Positions 52,465 to 56,311 of a stretch of 56,311 bases of DNA are shown here, in pieces. The stretch comes from a virus. Its lineage: Duplodnaviria; Caudoviricetes. Position 1 is the first letter of the stretch. Each line of letters starts with the position of its first letter. The notes beneath the pieces were generated by a model, which did no database searches, had not been told where the DNA came from, and saw only the letters and a program-made list of their open reading frames with translations. The stretch is from the IMG/VR virus record IMGVR_UViG_3300013763_000001, positions 1 through 56,311 of that record. The stretch is one strand, 5' to 3'. A program made the translations under genes and the position numbers.

Positions 52465-53312
52465 ACCAGGGACCGTTCCGCATCAGCGATAGCCTGGAAT
52501 ATGGGTAGGCACTGTGCCGGAATGCATGCATTGCCCAGCGCGCGCAACTTTGCCGCTCGCTCCGGTATGCGCTCCGTCACGGTACGCGGCGCTTCCCAGG
52601 GCGCCTGGTCGTTGCCGGGGCGGGCAGGCCATCGGGGATGCTCAACCAGTCGTCGGGGAATCCCATGAGTTGCCCGACAAACGCCGGGTTGAGTCGGCCC
52701 GGCTGTACGTCGTGCATCGTCTCTGGCAATGTGATCCCATGCCCCTGATCCCGACGTATCGCCTGACTCTGCGTACCGCGCTGATCCCCGTCTCGCGCCT
52801 GCGGTGTCGGCCAGGTGTCCGACGATGAACACTCGTTCGCGTCGGTGTGGCGCCCCAACGTCGGAAGCGCGTAGGCTCGTCCATCCAACGCGATACCCGA
52901 TTCCGGCCAGGTCCGCGACAATGGCGCCGAACACCCGTCCATCGTCAATACTCCGTAGCCCGCTGACGTTCTCACCGACCACCCAGCGGGGTCGGCACTC
53001 TCCGACGATGCGAAGCATTTGAGGCCAGAGATGTCGGTCGTCTCCTGTACCAGCACGCCGACCAGCAACGCTAAAAGGCTGGCAGGGGAATCCCCCGGAT
53101 ACGATGTCGATAGGTCCGATACCGTCGTCTCGCAGTCGTTCGGCGGTAACGCTGTGGATGTCGTCATAGCAAGGCACTCCCGGCCAATGCGCCGCCAGCA
53201 CACGCCGGCAGAAGGCGTCACGCTCAACGAAGGCGACAGTAGGGAAGCCGGCCACCTCCGAAGCCAGGTCCATGCCACCGATCCCGGAAAATAGCGAAAG
53301 GTGGCGCATCAT
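52461..53312 (-). CDS. DNA (cytosine-5) methyltransferase, main (alpha) polypeptide
   Basis: SLFSGIGG (I), GGFPCQPFS (IV), ENV (VI), H.RERVF (VIII), LGNA (X); motif IX not seen in this frame. Confidence 0.95.
   Translation of the reverse strand: MMRHLSLFSGIGGMDLASEVAGFPTVAFVERDAFCRRVLAAHWPGVPCYDDIHSVTAERLRDDGIGPIDIVSGGFPCQPFSVAGRRAGTGDDRHLWPQMLRIVGECRPRWVVGENVSGLRSIDDGRVFGAIVADLAGIGYRVGWTSLRASDVGAPHRRERVFIVGHLADTAGARRGSARYAESGDTSGSGAWDHIARDDARRTAGPTQPGVCRATHGIPRRLVEHPRWPARPGNDQAPWEAPRTVTERIPERAAKLRALGNACIPAQCLPIFQAIADAERSLV
52577..53167 (-). CDS. overlapping alternative-frame methyltransferase beta polypeptide
   Basis: Long nested ORF with WPTP.A.D and LNPAFVGQLMGFPDDW (motif IX-like); start uncertain. 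Confidence 0.7.
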   Translation of the reverse strand: MTTSTALPPNDCETTVSDLSTSYPGDSPASLLALLVGVLVQETTDISGLKCFASSESADPAGWSVRTSAGYGVLTMDGCSAPLSRTWPESGIALDGRAYALPTLGRHTDANECSSSDTWPTPQARDGDQRGTQSQAIRRDQGHGITLPETMHDVQPGRLNPAFVGQLMGFPDDWLSIPDGLPAPATTRRPGKRRVP

Positions 53313-53749
53313 CCCTGCCCCTCCCGCGCCACTGCCGCAGCTTCTCTCACGCCGTCCCCGTCCAACACGAGCACGTGATAGCTCGCGGCGATCTGGGCTC
53401 TAAGCGTCTGCACCACCGGCTCCGGCGATTGCCTGAGCAGTCGCACCAGTTGCCGCACGGTGCAATCGCTCGAATAGGAAGGCGCGTACCCTGCCGCGAC
53501 TAGCCAGCGGTCAGTGTCGTACTGATCCAGGCCGAGCGCATCGGCCAGGTCGAGCAGGTGCATGGGGTCAGGCGGGTACGGCGCGCTGTCTTCCCACACG
53601 CCGATGGTTTTCTCGGCTTTCCGGCAGCCGCGCGCCAGTTCCCAGCGGCTCATCTCTGCCGACACACGGAAGGCGGTCAACAGACGCGCCCAGGGCGGTC
53701 GGAGTATCGGGGGCCGTGCTGGCGTCAGGGTATCGGGGACAGCGCTCAT
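53309..53749 (-). CDS. XRE-family HTH regulator
   Basis: L..FR....MSRWELA......TI..WE...P......LADALGL...LVAAGY. Confidence 0.8.
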   Translation of the reverse strand: MSAVPDTLTPARPPILRPPWARLLTAFRVSAEMSRWELARGCRKAEKTIGVWEDSAPYPPDPMHLLDLADALGLDQYDTDRWLVAAGYAPSYSSDCTVRQLVRLLRQSPEPVVQTLRAQIAASYHVLVLDGDGVREAAAVAREGQG

Positions 53750-54753
53750 GCGGATGCCGCCCCCAGCTCCTCAAACGCCGCGTCTGCCGCCGCCTCTGCC
53801 GCCGTGGCTGGAGCTGGCCCGCCCCCCGCCGCATGCGCGGTCGCCCACTGCCGCAGGTCCGCCGCGCCGCGCAGGGTCACGGCGGTCACATCTGCCAGGC
53901 CCAGCGCCGTCATGCGCTCGGCTACGGCTGCCCGCACTTCCTCATCCCGCCAGCCCGCCTGACGGAAGATGTTGGTCACGTCCTGACGAAACGCCTTGGT
54001 CTCCGTCGGCGTCAGGATGCGGTCGGCAGGGTTGGCCTGCGTTTTCACCGTGTCTGCCGCCTCCATGATGCGCGCCTGTGCTGGCGCCTGCTGTTGCGTG
54101 ACTACCGGCACATCCGCCTTGCGTTCGGCCAGCCAGATCGGCTTCTGGCCGCACTTAGCGGAGCAAAAGTAGGCGCTATACGGCCGGCCGTCGCGGGTGG
54201 TGCCGCTATGCAGGCTCATCGGCTCATCACAGGACGGACAAAGGCGGGTTTCCCCAACGTCCCCGCCAGGCTGCTGAGCGGTGCGCGCCGCCTGGCTGAC
54301 CGCCTCGCCGTTGCCGTTCTGACGGGCGGCATTGGCGGCGGCGTTCTCCTCCTTGTCATAGAGGCTGTTGCCGAAGGCGTTTCCGAAGGTGCGCAGCGCC
54401 CGCTTCAAGGCGTCAGTGACCGCTCCCTTGATGGCGGTCTCGTTGGCGTCAGGGGATACCTGATCGCTGTCGCGCGGGATAGCAGCGATGCCAACCCCCA
54501 CGTCCTCCCGCATCACCGGATCTCCACCGGCGTTGACCGTCACGAGCAGTGTGGCGATCCAGACACCTTGTTGGGACTCCAGCTTGGTGACGGTGTAGCC
54601 CCAGCCGTGGAACCCGAACACTTCGTTGGCGGCGTCAATGACGTCGTGCCCCTCCAGGTAGCGCAGTTCCAACCCCTGCTTGCGGCGGGTGTGGACGCGC
54701 GCCTCATCAATGCGCGCGGTGAGCAGCGCCTCTTGACTTTGACTAAAGGGCAT
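53746..54753 (-). CDS. Rad52/Rad22-family (Sak-like) ssDNA annealing protein
   Basis: YLEGHDVI..ANEVFGF.GW...ED.G.G...AIKGAVTDALKRALRTFGN.FGNSLY. Confidence 0.92.
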   Translation of the reverse strand: MPFSQSQEALLTARIDEARVHTRRKQGLELRYLEGHDVIDAANEVFGFHGWGYTVTKLESQQGVWIATLLVTVNAGGDPVMREDVGVGIAAIPRDSDQVSPDANETAIKGAVTDALKRALRTFGNAFGNSLYDKEENAAANAARQNGNGEAVSQAARTAQQPGGDVGETRLCPSCDEPMSLHSGTTRDGRPYSAYFCSAKCGQKPIWLAERKADVPVVTQQQAPAQARIMEAADTVKTQANPADRILTPTETKAFRQDVTNIFRQAGWRDEEVRAAVAERMTALGLADVTAVTLRGAADLRQWATAHAAGGGPAPATAAEAAADAAFEELGAASA

Positions 54754-54855
54754 TTTGACCCTCCCAACGCTGAACCCCAAGCAGCTCCGGTGGCCGGTAG
54801 AAGCGCATTGCATGGCGATGTAGTTGGGGGACTGGTCGGATGCTCAACTGCGCGC

Positions 54856-55062
54856 TCATGCCGGTACCGCCAGCCGCTCGCACTCCGCGCACGCCTGCTG
54901 CCCGCCAGGCACCGTCCCGACGTACCCAATCCACGTCCCGCCACCAGGGCGGGCGCCGCACAACGCGGGCGCAAACGCTGTAGGCAGTTCGCCGGCCATA
55001 TCGATTACATGCCAGATAGCAAGGCCGCGTGAGGTGGCGTAGCGATGGTCAACGCCGGTCAC
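54856..55062 (-). CDS. hypothetical zinc-binding protein
   Basis: WH...ALCG...CAEC; GTGA coupling. Confidence 0.5.
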   Translation of the reverse strand: MTGVDHRYATSRGLAIWHVIDMAGELPTAFAPALCGARPGGGTWIGYVGTVPGGQQACAECERLAVPA

Positions 55063-55259
55063 GATGGCACCTCTACTATCTCGTAGGTCGCGCTGCACTC
55101 GGAGCATTGGTATGTAGTGGTTCGCTGGCTCATGCTCTGCCTGACTCGCACGTAAGCGGGTTTGTGCTTCCCGCACATAGGGAGCGCAACGCCGTTGCTA
55201 TCCGACGCTGGTTGCCACTTCTGTGAGGAGCGGAATAGGGATACGATGCCTTGCTTCAT
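55059..55259 (-). CDS. hypothetical zinc-ribbon protein
   Basis: CGKH...CSEC; ATGA coupling. Confidence 0.5.
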   Translation of the reverse strand: MKQGIVSLFRSSQKWQPASDSNGVALPMCGKHKPAYVRVRQSMSQRTTTYQCSECSATYEIVEVPS

Positions 55260-55513
55260 CCGTCGACCTCCCCTGCCAGCGCGCGTAGGCGGTCCCGTAC
55301 CCGGCGTAGCACGCTCGCCGGCTGCACGAACTCTGGGTGCGCCTCGGCTAGCTCGCACAGTCCGGCAAGGCCCAGTAGCCGGTCGGACAGATCGCCGGAC
55401 GTAACCCTGACAGCCCGCACCCGGTCCAGCCAGGCGAGTTGGTCATCCGTCAGCGGCCCCTCCTGGTCCAATACGAGCGAAGCCGAGTAGTCGCCGTGGC
55501 GTTGCGTGGTCAT
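55256..55513 (-). CDS. hypothetical protein
   Basis: GGAGG RBS; ATGA coupling. Confidence 0.55.
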   Translation of the reverse strand: MTTQRHGDYSASLVLDQEGPLTDDQLAWLDRVRAVRVTSGDLSDRLLGLAGLCELAEAHPEFVQPASVLRRVRDRLRALAGEVDG

Positions 55514-55803
55514 CGCACCGCCTCCCAAACCAAGTAGGCGATAAACGCCAGTGAAGCGATGACGCCAAACCACGCCGACCAATCGACGCGCCGCCACCAG
55601 GCCGCCAGCCGTTCCCGGCGACTGAACCGGAGCAACGTCGGCGGGTAGTGACCGTGCTGCGGTCGTACGTAGCGGTAGCGCACCGGCTGCGACACGACGT
55701 AGCCCGCGCGTGGGTCCGTCCCGTGAGCCTGCAGCCAGGCGGCGGTATCGGCATCGCAGAGCAGGTCAGTAAGGACCGAATCGTGAATGACGCGGTCATG
55801 CAT
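55510..55803 (-). CDS. hypothetical protein with C-terminal TM
   Basis: GGAGG RBS; WFGVIASLAFIAYLVW. Confidence 0.55.
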   Translation of the reverse strand: MHDRVIHDSVLTDLLCDADTAAWLQAHGTDPRAGYVVSQPVRYRYVRPQHGHYPPTLLRFSRRERLAAWWRRVDWSAWFGVIASLAFIAYLVWEAVR

Positions 55804-56128
55804 TGCGCCCCACCTCCAACCGCGCCAGAGCGAAGGCGACGTTATCCCATTCCTGTGCCCATTCCCGCATCCACGATTGCGCACGCGTGCGCTCCAACTG
55901 GCCCAGCCGCTGGCGCAACCGTCGCATGCGGTCGCGGCCGGCAAGGGGAGCATCCGCCTCCAACACGGCCAAGCGCGCAGCCAGGTCGGGCAGGTTGCGA
56001 CGCCGCCCGTAACCCCCCTTGTCCTGGGTGCCTGCCCATTCAAGGCAGCCGTTCGCTCCTTGCCTTGTGTGACGGGTAACTCCATCGGGCATACTTGGCA
56101 GGGCCTGACGGTCGGCGGTCGGCATCAT
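55796..56128 (-). CDS. hypothetical protein with HNH-like N-terminal fragment
   Basis: NGCLEWAG..DKGGYG resembles the start of an HNH_3 domain, but the H-N-H part is absent. Confidence 0.45.
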   Translation of the reverse strand: MMPTADRQALPSMPDGVTRHTRQGANGCLEWAGTQDKGGYGRRRNLPDLAARLAVLEADAPLAGRDRMRRLRQRLGQLERTRAQSWMREWAQEWDNVAFALARLEVGRNA

Positions 56129-56311
56129 CGCCCTGCCCTTCTTTCCGCTGTGTTATGGCGGTCGGCGGACAACCGCACGGCAACCCATTCGATCTGCTCA
56201 TTTGTGGCGCTGTCCCTGGTGCTGGCCCTGGCGCTGTCCCAGGCGCTGGCCCAGGCGCTGTCCCAGGCGCTGGCCCAGGCGCTGGCCCAGGCGCTGGCCC
56301 AGGCGCCGGCC
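56125..56311 (-). CDS. AWAS-repeat protein, 3' part
   Basis: ...AWASAWDSARASARDSATNEQIEWVAVRLSADRHNTAERRAGR*; TGA 56127-56125 overlaps the next ATG. Confidence 0.75.
   Translation of the reverse strand, partial: AGAWASAWASAWASAWDSAWASAWDSARASTRDSATNEQIEWVAVRLSADRHNTAERRAGR
56207..56311. repeat. 12-bp tandem repeat, right copy
   Basis: Same GCGCTG[GT]CCC[AT]G unit as at 1-110. Confidence 0.95.

Overview
This window looks like a complete, circularly permuted ~56 kb GC-rich tailed phage (siphovirus-like) genome. Both ends fall in the same 12-bp tandem repeat inside one minus-strand gene (AWAS-repeat protein), so the ends join. On the minus strand, right to left: recombination/replication genes (Rad52/Sak-like annealase, C5 DNA methyltransferase, HTH replication initiator with iterons, DnaC-like ATPase), terminase, portal, head, tail, tail-tip/fibre genes, lysis genes and a second virion-like module. 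The left end has a cro/cI-like switch and a small plus-strand cassette region. I found no integrase. The genome carries many free-standing nuclease genes: five HNH-type genes that look inserted, one further HNH gene, one LAGLIDADG-like gene and one intact TnpB. Most are antisense, sit between late genes and have their own promoters. Three unrelated-site HNH genes share a 5' leader with the same covarying two-hairpin architecture, which is the best candidate for an undescribed element. Several inserts also appear to repair their insertion site with recoded or duplicated gene ends, a replacement RBS, or a coupling mini-ORF. The TnpB has no visible left-end hairpin and is flanked by an 8-bp duplication equal to its guide seed. 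All product calls come from motif reading by eye; no database search was run.
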